Positions 1 through 11,012 of a stretch of 64,000 nt of DNA are shown here, piece by piece. Position 1 is the first letter of the stretch. Every line of letters starts with the position of its first letter. The notes below the pieces were generated by a model, which saw nothing but the letters and a program-made list of their open reading frames with translations, was not told the DNA's origin and searched no databases. The position numbers were made by a program, and so were the translations under genes. Origin of the DNA: Vitrella brassicaformis CCMP3155 (taxonomy: Eukaryota; Protista; Chromerida); NCBI GenBank assembly GCA_001179505.1, contig CDMY01000224.1:62001-126000 (forward strand). The letters are read 5' to 3'.

Positions 1-980
1 ACAGCCAGAAGGTCTTCTTGCCGGCGATGATGTAGTGGAATATGTGTGGGGCGGCCAGGTCCATGTGCAGCGGGGTGATGGAACCCTTAGGGGCGATCCA
101 CAGGTACTCCACCAGAGAACCAGCAAAATGCTGAACGAAATGACAGCCAATCGACCGCGAATTCTCTTCCTCCCTCTTCATTGTGTGGCCAGTCACTCAC
201 CGTGGGCATTGCAAGTCGCCAGTGCAGGTGTCTTCGCAGCCCCGGCAGCTGATTGAACACCTCAATGTCCTCCCGCACGTCAAGCCACCTGCCCCCGCCG
301 CCCTCGAGGGTGCCATTCCCCTCAGAAAATGCCTGAACCAGCGTGACTGCCCGCTGGATGTCCAGTTTAGTGCTCCCATTGACACTCGAAGGCTCAGAGA
401 AGGCGTTCAGGGTCACATTGCGGGCGGCGCCGCGCCTCCGCAAGAATGCGGGTGTCCATTTCCCGGCCGGCATGAGGGACTGTAGGCCCTTCATTCTGAC
501 GGGGATGCAGGCACTGGGGGGAACGGATGAGGGCGGTAGGATGGTGTGAACAGGCTCCAGACGATCAAGGCAGACGCTGCACTCCTCTTCATCCGCCTCA
601 ACCCTGGCAAGAGGGAACAGACATTCCTCCTCCCCAGCATCTTTCTCTGGCTGGAGTGCCGTCCGCACCAGATCATCCTCACTCAGTGGCCGCATAGCCG
701 ACAGAGAGACGAGCACCACCTCCGCCCCTCTCAGCAGCTCAGCAGATCCGCATCGGCTGGCCTGCAGCAGCCGGAAGCGCCTCCCAGCCACGAGAGTGAA
801 GTTGCCATGGGTCGCCGTGTGATGATGCAGTGCAGATGTGTTGGTGTTGGTGTGATCGCACACGTGCAGCCCTGCCGGGCGGAGGGCGAGGAGGAGGGAG
901 GGCACCGCAACCCAGCCAATGCCGATTGACAGCCCGGCCAGCAACACGCACAAAGGACACCGCACCGCTGCTTTTGGCAT
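1..980 (-). CDS. JmjC/cupin_8 2-oxoglutarate Fe(II) oxygenase with N-terminal signal anchor, copy A (3' part runs off the left edge)
   Basis: Start MPKAAVRCPLCVLLAG at 980; exon 980-201, GT-AG intron 200-131, then HFAGSLVEYLWIAPKGSITPLHMDLAAPHIFHYIIAGKKTFW. PVRMKG...WTPAFL and TPLHxD...GKK are cupin_8/JmjC motifs. Confidence 0.85.
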
Positions 981-1095
981 GATCGGATCTGAAGGAAGGG
1001 CAGGACGCACGTGTACAGCAACTTCGTAGGGCGGAATCGGCTTCAAAAGTGTTGTTCCTTTCCGTCAGTTTCAAGGCGACCGGTCCCGAAGGGGT
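1..1095. repeat. Inverted segmental duplication, arm A (pairs with 56165-57253)
   Basis: The reverse complement of 1-1095 aligns by eye with 56165-57253, with scattered substitutions. Position 1 corresponds to 57253, so the arm continues beyond the window edge. Confidence 0.95.
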
Positions 1096-1860
1096 CTCTT
1101 GGACGCGTTCGTGGGACATCTCGCTCTAAGGCTCTTTCCTCAGGTGTGCCGTTCATCGGCCAACAGTCCGCGGCGTCTACGATGGAGGTGAGAGGAATTG
1201 GCCTCACACCTATACTGTACATGGCTGGGTCAACAACGTCCACACCGAAAGCACCTTCCACCTGCCTTCCACACGTACGGAAAGTTATCCTACAACCCTC
1301 ACAACACCTGACACTCATGTAATGCCGTCTTCTTGCATGAAGGATCACGCCATGTAGCCAACTGCATCACTGTACGTGGTCCTGGCCAATCCAATTCAAT
1401 ACTCGAAGTATAAAATGCAGGCACCGATAGATACACACCACACATCCGCAGCTTAGTTGTCGACGCCTCTCCGTGCCGCCCGTGTGTTGCGCTTGGCCTC
1501 GACCTGCTTCTGCCGGAACGTGTCTCACAGCCGCAGGTGGGCAGCCCTCCTCAAACCTGAGCAGGACCCAACAACACACACACATGCAGGTCATCCATCG
1601 GTTCAGAGTCACCCGTGTCTTCTATAATTCGCTCACTTCTCGAGGACGCGGTCGAGCTGGGTGTTGGTGAAGTCTCAGCCACGCGGCATCTTGCCGCCAC
1701 TGCCGGCAGCAGGGCGACGCCGCGGGCACTTGGCCGCGGGTGTCAGACACCAAATACGCTACGCTCAACATGGTCACTCGACTGGCCCTTGAACACACAG
1801 CCACACACAAAGACATATGGAGACATACATGAATGTCTTCTCCCTGTGCCTCACATACAC

Positions 1861-3577
1861 TTACGGCAGCAGGGGGCCGTTGTGGAGGATGCCGTCGATG
1901 AACGGCTTGTTTTTCTCCCTATCCATGTGGCTGTTGGCCACCTTGGCCTTGGCCTTGTCCACCCTCTCCTGCTCCCCATCCTCCTCCTGCTGGCGCATCG
2001 TCTCGTTGTCGTCCTCTCGGGACGGACGGTCGTCCCCCCGCAGCGCCGCCCTTTGTTGGTTGTTGAGCCCGTACAGCTCCTCTGCGGTGCCGTACCGGCC
2101 AGAGATGCGGATATCGGGCTGGCCGTCGACCGTCTGTATCCACCAGTGCCCATCTGCACCCTTGTAGATGACGACGCAGCCGTCAACGATGAGGGGCTCC
2201 AGGCCAGACTCCTGGATGAGGATGGAGATGGGCACCACGACGCACCACCACCAGATAATTATACACCACTCCCACCTGAACCAAACACATACAGAGCACA
2301 CGACGGAAAGCCTTCTTGCACTGGATCCATCCATCTGTGCGTCCACCCATTCATGCATGCGGCCAGGTCTTAGTTACTTGGGGCAGACGCGCCAGATGAT
2401 GATGAGAGTGTAGTGTCGATGAAAACCCACAGGGAATAGAAACTGCCCTTGAGGTACGTAGCTCCGCCCGTCACCTCGAAATACTCCAGCACCCGAGGAA
2501 TGACGCGCTCCAGGCGCAGAAAGATGTGTTCGTTGGTCTGGTGGTTGCGAGCAGAAAAGTCTAGCATGTAGCCGAATATCTCAGTGAACCATAGGAACCC
2601 CACGAATGCATGCGGTGCGTCATCGCTGCGAGTCGGCCGCTCTGGCTCCTCCAAACTGTCCGTCCATAAACCGACACAGACGCAAAGACAAAGATGCATA
2701 GTGATAGAGGTGTGCTGTGTCGTGTGGGTCGTAGGCTGATCGAATAAATATACTCACTGGGGAAGTATCCCAAGGACGAGGGCGCGCTTTCTTGCATCAG
2801 TGACGTCGCGAATCTTCCGGACAGCTCGGCCCAGAAGCTCTCCTCACAGATGGCGTTCGAACAGTTGTGCAGCGCTGATTTCACATCACACGCACACACA
2901 CATGTGGATGCATCGAACATGCCGGGAGCTGCACGACGGACAAATAAAAGCAAATCGAAGAGACACATTGCTCGTGCTGGTCACTTACACTCACCCCGGC
3001 ACACTCGTCGTCGGATGCTGTCGAGAAGTCTGCGCGCCTTCAATCCGTAGTCCTCTTGATAGATCACGATCAAGCCGTCAAGGTCCGCCTGCATGACCGG
3101 ATCGACGTACACATGCACGTGCGTCAATCCTCCTTCCCTCGCCCACGTCTGTCCTGTGTTGTGCTGACCGATTTGACGACTGAGTCGAAGCGAAGGTGGG
3201 CTGTGTTGGGCGGGGCCTTCTCCTAACGCACTTTCTGCACACGCACATAAACACATATTAAACATCTTCGTGTCTGCGAGTGATTGGGTTCTCGTGCGGG
3301 TCGAAGTTGGGGTTGCAACGTCAGCGGCTTCGTGACCACCTTTCCCTACGCAGCACAAAACACGCTTACGCGCATTCGCCTTGCTCCTTTCGTCACTTCC
3401 CTGTGTGCCAGTGTGTGGTCGTTTGTGTGTCGCCCTTGGGAGTGGCCGCCTTGATCCGCACCCATCGCGCACAAACACAAAGTGGAAGGGTATACATACA
3501 TTCGTGCTCACCTCTTCCCTGCTGTCCTGGTCACGGAGAAGCGGTGCATGTGCCTCAAGCTGGGATGAGAGACACAC
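1861..3577 (-). CDS. Multi-exon hypothetical protein (ends uncertain)
   Basis: Protein-like segments bounded by GT/AG sites and microsatellite introns: ADLDGLIVIYQEDYGLKARRLLDSIRR, ALHNCSNAICEESFWAELSGRF, VLEYFEVTGGATYLKG, ESGLEPLIVDGCVVIYKGADGHWWIQTVDG. No family recognised. Confidence 0.45.
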
Positions 3578-3843
3578 ATGCGGAGCAATTGCCGCCAGCT
3601 CCCCTACCGTATCCCTCCTCTCCTCTTCTCAGTAGCTTACGTGTTCGTTGACTTATGGAGGCCAGTAATGACGAAAATGGGGCGTGTCTCTTCGTTTCCA
3701 CAGACGTCGGGATATAAAATGTAGCCAGCGATATGACATTGTGATGTCGCGTCAACATTGATGACCTGAGCAAGATGAGACAGGAGACGCAGAGCAAAAG
3801 GTCACACTAGCGTGTGACACCCTCCATTTCACATTTGTCGTAC

Positions 3844-6800
3844 TCACATCTGAAGAATGCAATGCAACACACAACACATGCGCACCTCCCCACGTGGCCC
3901 CTCCAGAGGACGCAACGCATCCGGTGACGTGAGATACCTGAATTTCGTGGTTCCATCACCCGCAATCAGCTGTCGCCCTGCACACACACATGCATACATA
4001 CATATATACATACATACATATCTATGAATTGCCATCATCCGTACTTCAATTCATGAAGATAAATACCGCCTCGAGACGCGAATGCCTCTGAGATGCAGGA
4101 CATCTGATTATGTATTCTGGCACACTTATGTGTATCGACCGGTGTGTGATTGGCCCCATCCATGCGTGTCTCTGTGCCTATGTGGCATACCAGCGGCTGT
4201 TTGGCTGCATTCCGGCATGGGCGAATCCAATCAGCGAAATATGAAATGTAGGCAGCGATCGACCACACTGAAGAGGCATCACACAGCTGAGGTGCTTTAC
4301 CATCGTGTGTTGCCCCTGGCCCCCTACAGCTGCACCTACCGGTCGTGGGGGCAGAGAGGGTCGCGGTGCTGGGGGGAGTGATGGCGGTGGTGGAACTTGG
4401 TCGTCCTCGCACACTGCAGATCTAGCAGCAACGGCAGAGGGCTTCGCTGGCGACTCACGCAAGCTGCTGCCAAGTCCCGAGCATCTGTTTGCAGTCCAAT
4501 CCATAGGCGAAGAATAGACACATCCCGACATGGGGGGTGTTTACTGCACTCCCTCTCTCTCTCTGTCTGTCTGTGTATCTGTGTGCCTGTCTGGCTGTCT
4601 GTGTGTCTCGGACCTACCTGGGTCATGATGTTGTGTGAGTTCGATGGCCCTACTGGCGGCTGATGCGGGAGTGGGGGTGGTGTGTTGGTGGTGCCGCTGA
4701 TCACCTCCTCATTGGCCGCCCCGGCGCCTCCCTCGGCCTCCTGCTGCGTGCCGTCCTGTTGGCTGCCCTCCAGCTGATGGTTGATGGGTGCGATTGGTGG
4801 GTGCTGGGCCGCAATCGACTCACCCCTGCAGACAGACAACACAAGAAGGGCAAGGAGTGAGTCTTGCAAGCAATGTGTCTGAACTCATTCCGGTCGGTCA
4901 TCTCTCTCTCTCTCTCACCGTAGCGCCTCGACCTCGACCTGGCGGCCTCTGCTGGGCGTCGACCAGCCCATCCTGACATACATAAACAAATGCAGACAGA
5001 CAGACACGACAGAAGCGACATGAGACCACAGCACAACACACAACCATCGACAGACACATGGCATGACCCATCCATCCATCCATCCATAGGTTTCCCCCTC
5101 CCTCCTCTCACTTCGTCTGCATCCCGTCAGTCCACACACATGCCCGTCGTCATGCCCCTGCCGCACCTCCGTCGGTCGCCCTACTGCCCTGGCCAGCCAA
5201 GCCATCGCCACCGCCATGGCCCTTCTTCTCCCCGCTCTCGAATGGGGGGCCTATGGGGCGGGCGTTGTTGGAGTACCCGAACGATCTGAATGGGACACTG
5301 GTCACACACACATGCAGTCAGTGTTGGAAGATGGATGCATTCGTCCGACGCAACTCACCCGGGGGGCCCGTGGAGGGCCAGTGGAACGCCAGACCCCCTG
5401 AGCGACCACACAAATGCATATACTCACCAATCAATGGCGCGCTCGAACTGTCTGTGTGCCTGTCTTGTGTGTGCTTACTGAAACGCAGCAGCCGGAGGGG
5501 GGCCGTAGCTGAAGCAAGGACAGACAGACAGACAGAGCCCACCATTGACGGATGGCTCGTGTGGCATTCGTGTGTGTATGTATGTGTGTATGTATGTCAG
5601 CTGCTTGATGTGTCTGTGTGGGACATACTTGTACGTGTGGTATCCCCCGTAGTTGAAGTAGTTCAAGTTGCCCGGCGCGCCATATCTGTTGGACACATCA
5701 GGACGTATCCGTCCGTGCATCCGTCGTCTGTCTATCGTACCCGTGCGGAGCGACCAACGCAGCAGCAGGCCGAACGCCATTGCCACTGCATTCAGACCAA
5801 CGAACGACACACGACACGCAACACACAGGCAGACAGACAGACAGACACAGTGTGAACGCGTCTGAGAAAACCCACCACGCTCTCTCTCTGTCTCTCTCTT
5901 TCTTTGTGTGTGTGTGGGTGTGTGTGGGTGTTGTTGCTGTGCGGACGCACCCGTGGCTAACGCTCGCCGGAGGAGCATACACCTGGGGCACAGGCGCACC
6001 GCTGCAGATAAGGAGTCGCGAAAACAAGACACCAACCGTATGTGTGTAGTGTGCAGACTGGACATTGTGTATGTGTGCGCACCCGCCCTGCGTGGAACTC
6101 TGCATCGCCCCGCCAGCGCTCCCCGTCTCCCCGCCACCCTGCTGATGCTGCTTCACCGTGGTTACCTGGGGTCCCGCTACGCCAGCGACGGCAGTATTCA
6201 CGGACTTATCTGCGTGTTGCTGTGGCTGCTGTGGTAGTTCACCAGTGCCCGTCTCCGAGACGGCCCGAAGCGGCGGGGGAACTGCGGGTCGTGGGGGCAG
6301 AGAGGATTGCAGTGCTGGGTGGAATGACAGCGCGGAGAAGCCGGGAGGTGGTGGAAGTGGAAGTGGAGGCGGGGGTGGCGGTAGGGGTGGACAGACCGCC
6401 TCATCGGTCAGCGCATCGGCAGCCGCCGCCACTGCCGTGCCGCCATTTAGCTTTTCGATGGTCTGAAGAGGAAAGGCGCACCGCAGAGAGAGGTGTACAA
6501 AGTGAATGAGCGAGGGCCGAGTGAATGAACGAGGGCGAGATGGCGACCTCTTTCAGCCTTATGACTTCCGCCTTCAACTCGTCCTGCAAAGGACAGCCAA
6601 CACGAGGGAGCGAAACCTTACCAAATCGACCACCCAACACACAAAAATAACAAAGAGTCGGTCCCGTACCCTCTCCTGCTCTATCTTGGAAGACCGCTTC
6701 CTCACAAGACGCTCCCGCCAGGGACGCAACTCTATGTCGTCTGTATTTTCACACATACACACACGGGGCCGGACAGACACACAGGCAGGGAAGCCAATGT

Positions 6801-7650
6801 GTGGACTGAGTGCACGTGTTGTTGCTGTGTATCCTTCACTTACCTTGGTAGAATGTCAGCTTGTCCATTACGTCCCTGACCTCCTCGTACAAGGTCTTCG
6901 CGTTATACTTGGCCAAACCTGACAGACAGAGCATGGGCTCTCCATCATGGCAGCGCTGATGGATGTGTCTTTGTCAGCCGTCCGGCTTACGGTCATAGTA
7001 GAGGGCTTGGAGTGTCGCCTTGTCGCCTTGTGTGTGTCTACTCGTCGGTTGGTTTCAACGCGCGTACTGTACCTGAGATGCGCTCCTGAGGGTCGAACAC
7101 GAGCAGACGGGCGAGCAAATCACACGCATCGGGAAACCGCTCACTGACGTCATCACAAATCGAGAACCCCTGACACACCACACAGACAGCCACTGGATGT
7201 GATGCGGGTATGGTGGATGGGATGATGTCACAAACCTTCGCCATCTCCTGCAGTAGCTCCCCTTCCTCGCGGTCTGTTTCGGCCGCCTCGGGGAAGAGGT
7301 CCTCCTTGTGAGTCCCTAGAGAGGGCTCTCATGGCAGCATGGACGTGCATGTCTTTTGTGGGGCTCGCATACGGTCGTGGTAGAGCGCCTGAAGGATGGC
7401 TTTGTCGCTCTGCTCCCGAATTGCCCTCCAAGGCATCCCCACCAGCTCTGGTGGGGCGCCTCCTTCCCAGACTGCCAGGGGAAAGGCGGCGGAAAAAGAA
7501 ACGCACAGACCGATGCTATCGGGCAGCTTTGGGAATCGTCAGTTGGTTTCGACGCACGTTCCCGAGATGCGCTCTTTGACGGGTAGGGAGGAGGACAACT
7601 TGAAAGGGCGAGAGGTTGGATGGCTGTCGAATACAACCAAAGAAATGGAC
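3844..7650 (-). CDS. Multi-exon Pro/Gln-rich hypothetical protein containing an isolated kinase subdomain XI-like motif
   Basis: Spliceable exons WEGGAPPELVGMPWRAIREQSDKAILQALYHD / THKEDLFPEAAETDREEGELLQEMAK / GFSICDDVSERFPDACDLLARLLVFDPQERIS, followed by low-complexity exons. Treating this as one gene is an assumption. Confidence 0.45.
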
Positions 7651-7785
7651 GGTGGATTCGTTTCATGAAAAATTCGCAAAAGCTGCCGTCTCGGCGAGAA
7701 TTCGAGTATGAGCTCGCAGAACAGGGTTCTCCGTGAAACCGCTCTCAGGGGAGGCGAAGGGGAGGAAAAAGGAAGAAGCACGAGC

Positions 7786-8611
7786 ATGAGCACTGCCTCA
7801 TCTATGCCTTCTAATTCACCTTTGGCCAGCTATTTCCATGGGAGATCTTTTCTTGCTCTACTCATCGTGATGCTGACGGAGGTTTGGTTCCGCACATCAC
7901 AGGGGAGGGAGATCCGCAACACTAATCCATCCACAATGCCGCAGCGGACACAAACGGGGTTCATGCACCCAGCCGGACCATCACTACAAAGCTTTCAGGT
8001 GAAAGAATCAACACGACAAGCTGAGCGAAGTACCCTTGATGAATGCTGCTGCTTCTTCTTACGCTGTCGCAGGTGCAGAGGCACAGGAGATGTTCCCTCT
8101 CTGGCGATGACCCATCATCATCACGTTCCTTCTCTCTCCATCCACCGCCTCTCTGGCGGCTGCCGTCCTCCGTGGCCCACACCACCGCCTTGGGTGCCAA
8201 GGTGCGTCGTCAGAAGCAGCAGAAGACGACAGAGAAGAAGAAGGACCGCGACGACCGGCTCGAGATTGACGGATCCGTCGCCGAGTGCCTGCCGGGAGGA
8301 CAGTTCCTCGTCGAACTCGACGGCACCGGGCAGAAGGTGACTTTGACATGATTCCTTTCTCCATCACGCTCGCTGCCTGGGTGTGATGTCTGTGTTTGTT
8401 GCTGTAGGTGGTGTGCACGATAGCGGGCAAGATGCGCATCAACCGGATCAAGATCCTGCTGGGTGACCGTGTGACGGTGGAGATGACGCCATACGACCTC
8501 ACCAAGGGCAGGATATCATTCAGGTACAGAAAAGGCCAGATCAAGCGAGAGGCTGAGGAGGGCGAGGAGGAGGGCGGAGAGGAGGGGGAGGCGGGACGGC
8601 CGAATGAGTGA
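7786..8611 (+). CDS. infA: Translation initiation factor IF-1, nucleus-encoded, probable plastid targeting
   Basis: Exons 7786-7881, 8073-8336 and 8408-8611, all phase 0. [21 protein letters not shown]...[39 protein letters not shown] is canonical bacterial-type IF-1. The N-terminus has a hydrophobic segment followed by an S/R/P-rich transit-like peptide. Confidence 0.95.
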
Positions 8612-9015
8612 GAGAGCGAATGAGTGGATGTGTGTGAGTGACGGAGGCATTTTGATCCGTTTTGATGTGCGTGTCTGTGTGGGTGTGTTCCTTGATTGCG
8701 TGTGTGGTGTATTTTTCACAGCTGCCGCCGGCAGCTTCCATGGTGTGTGGTGCATGCATGATGCATAGACGGATGTTGACTGTACAGACAGACACCTTCC
8801 CTCCATGTGTTTCACCAGTGGGTTGCGAATGCAGCCGTCAGTCATGTGGACTGGACACGAGTATCTTTGAATACCACTGCGATCGATGCGATGCCATCAA
8901 CTAATCAATCAACCATGTCAGTGATCCCCCAACCCACCCAGCCCACCCCAGGCTATTTATTATTCACAGCCTCTTCTCCTCCATCTGTACACCCTGATGC
9001 TAACTAACACCCATG

Positions 9016-10788
9016 TCACGTGCTGTGTGGTGCCGCTGCGGCCCCTCCCTCCCAGCCATAGCCACCCGCCGTGTGGCCGGCATCGTCCATATATGGGTCG
9101 TACTGGTGGCCTCCCTCATCCCAGTCGCCCTCCACCACCCGAAGCACCACGCCGGCCACACACATGGCAACACTCGACGCCGCCGCCTCGCCGTTTGCTT
9201 CGTCGCTTTGCTTCTGGGTGGTGGGGTCGTTGAGCCAGGTGGGCACCAGGATAATGAATCGAGGGCGGCGAGGGTGGTCAGCCATCGCCTCGGCTGCCGC
9301 CTGCTCTTCCTGCTCGCCATGGGTGCTGAAGTCCTCATCGCGCAGGAGGGGACGCAACCTGCAGACACACATAGAAACATTATCATGACTGACTAACCCG
9401 AACCTCTCATTTGGTATGTCTGCCTACGATTTCAGCGATAGGAGCACTTTGACTTGGTAGGTTCCGTCATGTCCACTGCTGCTACTCGCCGCCTGTGCCG
9501 CGCTCGTCAGCGGCCACGCCCGTCCGTGCAGCTGGGCCGCATCACTTGGCCCGTGGCCGTGGTGGTGAGGGTGGTGCGGCGGTGCCGCCCAACCCGGCGC
9601 GTCGAGCTCGAAGCCCTCCACTTCGATGGCCTTGTTGAGGTAAGACCCGCCGCCATTCTGATGCGATGAGAGGAAATCCGCCTGCATCCATGTAAGCAGA
9701 GGAACAGAGGGAAATGACTGACGCCATGCAAGACGTCGTGGTGGCGTCCTCCTGACCCGTCACCTGCCTGTCGTCTGGTGATGAATCCGTATCCGTCTTT
9801 CTCGAAGTACCCGTCGCTCCCCCCACCCCCGCCCTGCGTCCCCATCAGCGCCAGCACCTCCTGCACCTTCTTGGGAGCGAGCGTCTTGTCCACACTCTGC
9901 CCGTGGTGCACCTTGTCGAGCCGCTCCAGCAGCCCCCCCGGCACCGCACGCTCCTTGCCGCCCTTGGCCTTGCGCTCCCCCGCCCCCCACCCCGCCGTCA
10001 TCTGCCCCTCTGGGCATATCGGCGCCTGGTCGATCAGCGCACCGATGTCCAGCGGCGGGGCGGCGCTCTGCTGTGTGCCGGTCGGTGGCCGCGGGGTCTT
10101 GGGTCTCACTGGTGTGGGAGGGTGCTGCTGCTGCTGCTGGTGGTGTCTGAAGATCCCATCTAGCACGCTGAAGCTGGTGTTGCCTGTTGTTGTTGTGTTG
10201 GGGTTGGCGGGGCCTGCCGATGCTGGGCCTTGGTTGGTCGGTGCAGGTGATGGCATGGCGCGGGGCGGGAAGGAGGGAGGCGCCGATGGAGGTGCGATGG
10301 GCCTTCCGCGGGGAGCAGCAGGATGCGATGGACGGATGGCAGGTGTCCTGGCAGAGGGAAAGGGGCACATGCATGATATGCAGACACAGACAGGTGAGCA
10401 GCACCGTTGCTCAGTCAGCATCTTCTCGCGTACTTACTTGGGTCGGTATTGTGCGCCATGACTCGGCGCCAGACGTGTGCTACTAACGGGGAAATTGGGG
10501 CGAGGAGCTGCAAGGTGGTGGTTGGTAGCACACACACGGAAGGCGCGTTGCGGCGGGGCGAGAAAAGGCAATATTGCTCACTCGCGTTTGTGCTGGCAGG
10601 CTGGCCGCCGTGCAATTGCTTGAAGAGGTCGCTAAAGGAGGTCCTGGCAGGCAGCACAGGCAGGCAACACACAGCCACACAAACACCACAACAGACATCG
10701 GCTGAGGTCACGATCTGATTTCCATGTGTTTGATGGTCCACTTTTTGACAGGAGGCCTCCCCGTCGTCGGCACGTGGCGGTTATCCAT
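9016..10788 (-). CDS. Multi-exon low-complexity hypothetical protein
   Basis: Consistent minus-strand exons (MDNRHVPTTGRPPVKKWTIKHMEIRS ... GLLERLDKVHHGQSVDKTLAPKKVQEVLALM ... YLNKAIEVEGFELD ... RPRFIILVPTWL) separated by GT-AG introns. No domain recognised. Confidence 0.5.
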
Positions 10789-11012
10789 GGTTCTCCCTCC
10801 TTGACTGCCGATCGCTGGAAAGCTCGCAGGTTGCGCAGATCTCCGGCCTGAAACCGCTGCTGCAGATCTCCGGATCTGATCTCTCTTTGCAGCCAAAGCA
10901 AGCTCCACCAGGTACGCAAGTAAGGAGTGCGCAACACTTCGGCCACGCGCGCCATCTTTCTTTCTCTGTTGTACGTGTTGGCTGCAGCTCCTCTCCCTCC
11001 CTCTCCCCTCTG
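10789..11012. promoter_or_regulatory. Candidate bidirectional promoter with AGATCT x2, GAAACCGCT and GCTCGCAG
   Basis: AGATCT at 10837 and 10864 and GAAACCGCT at 10850, between divergent start codons. Confidence 0.55.

Noticed and set aside
640-700. CSVCLD in the JmjC proteins as a RING start
   Set aside because: No following C/H ligands; it sits at the start of the cupin_8 region.
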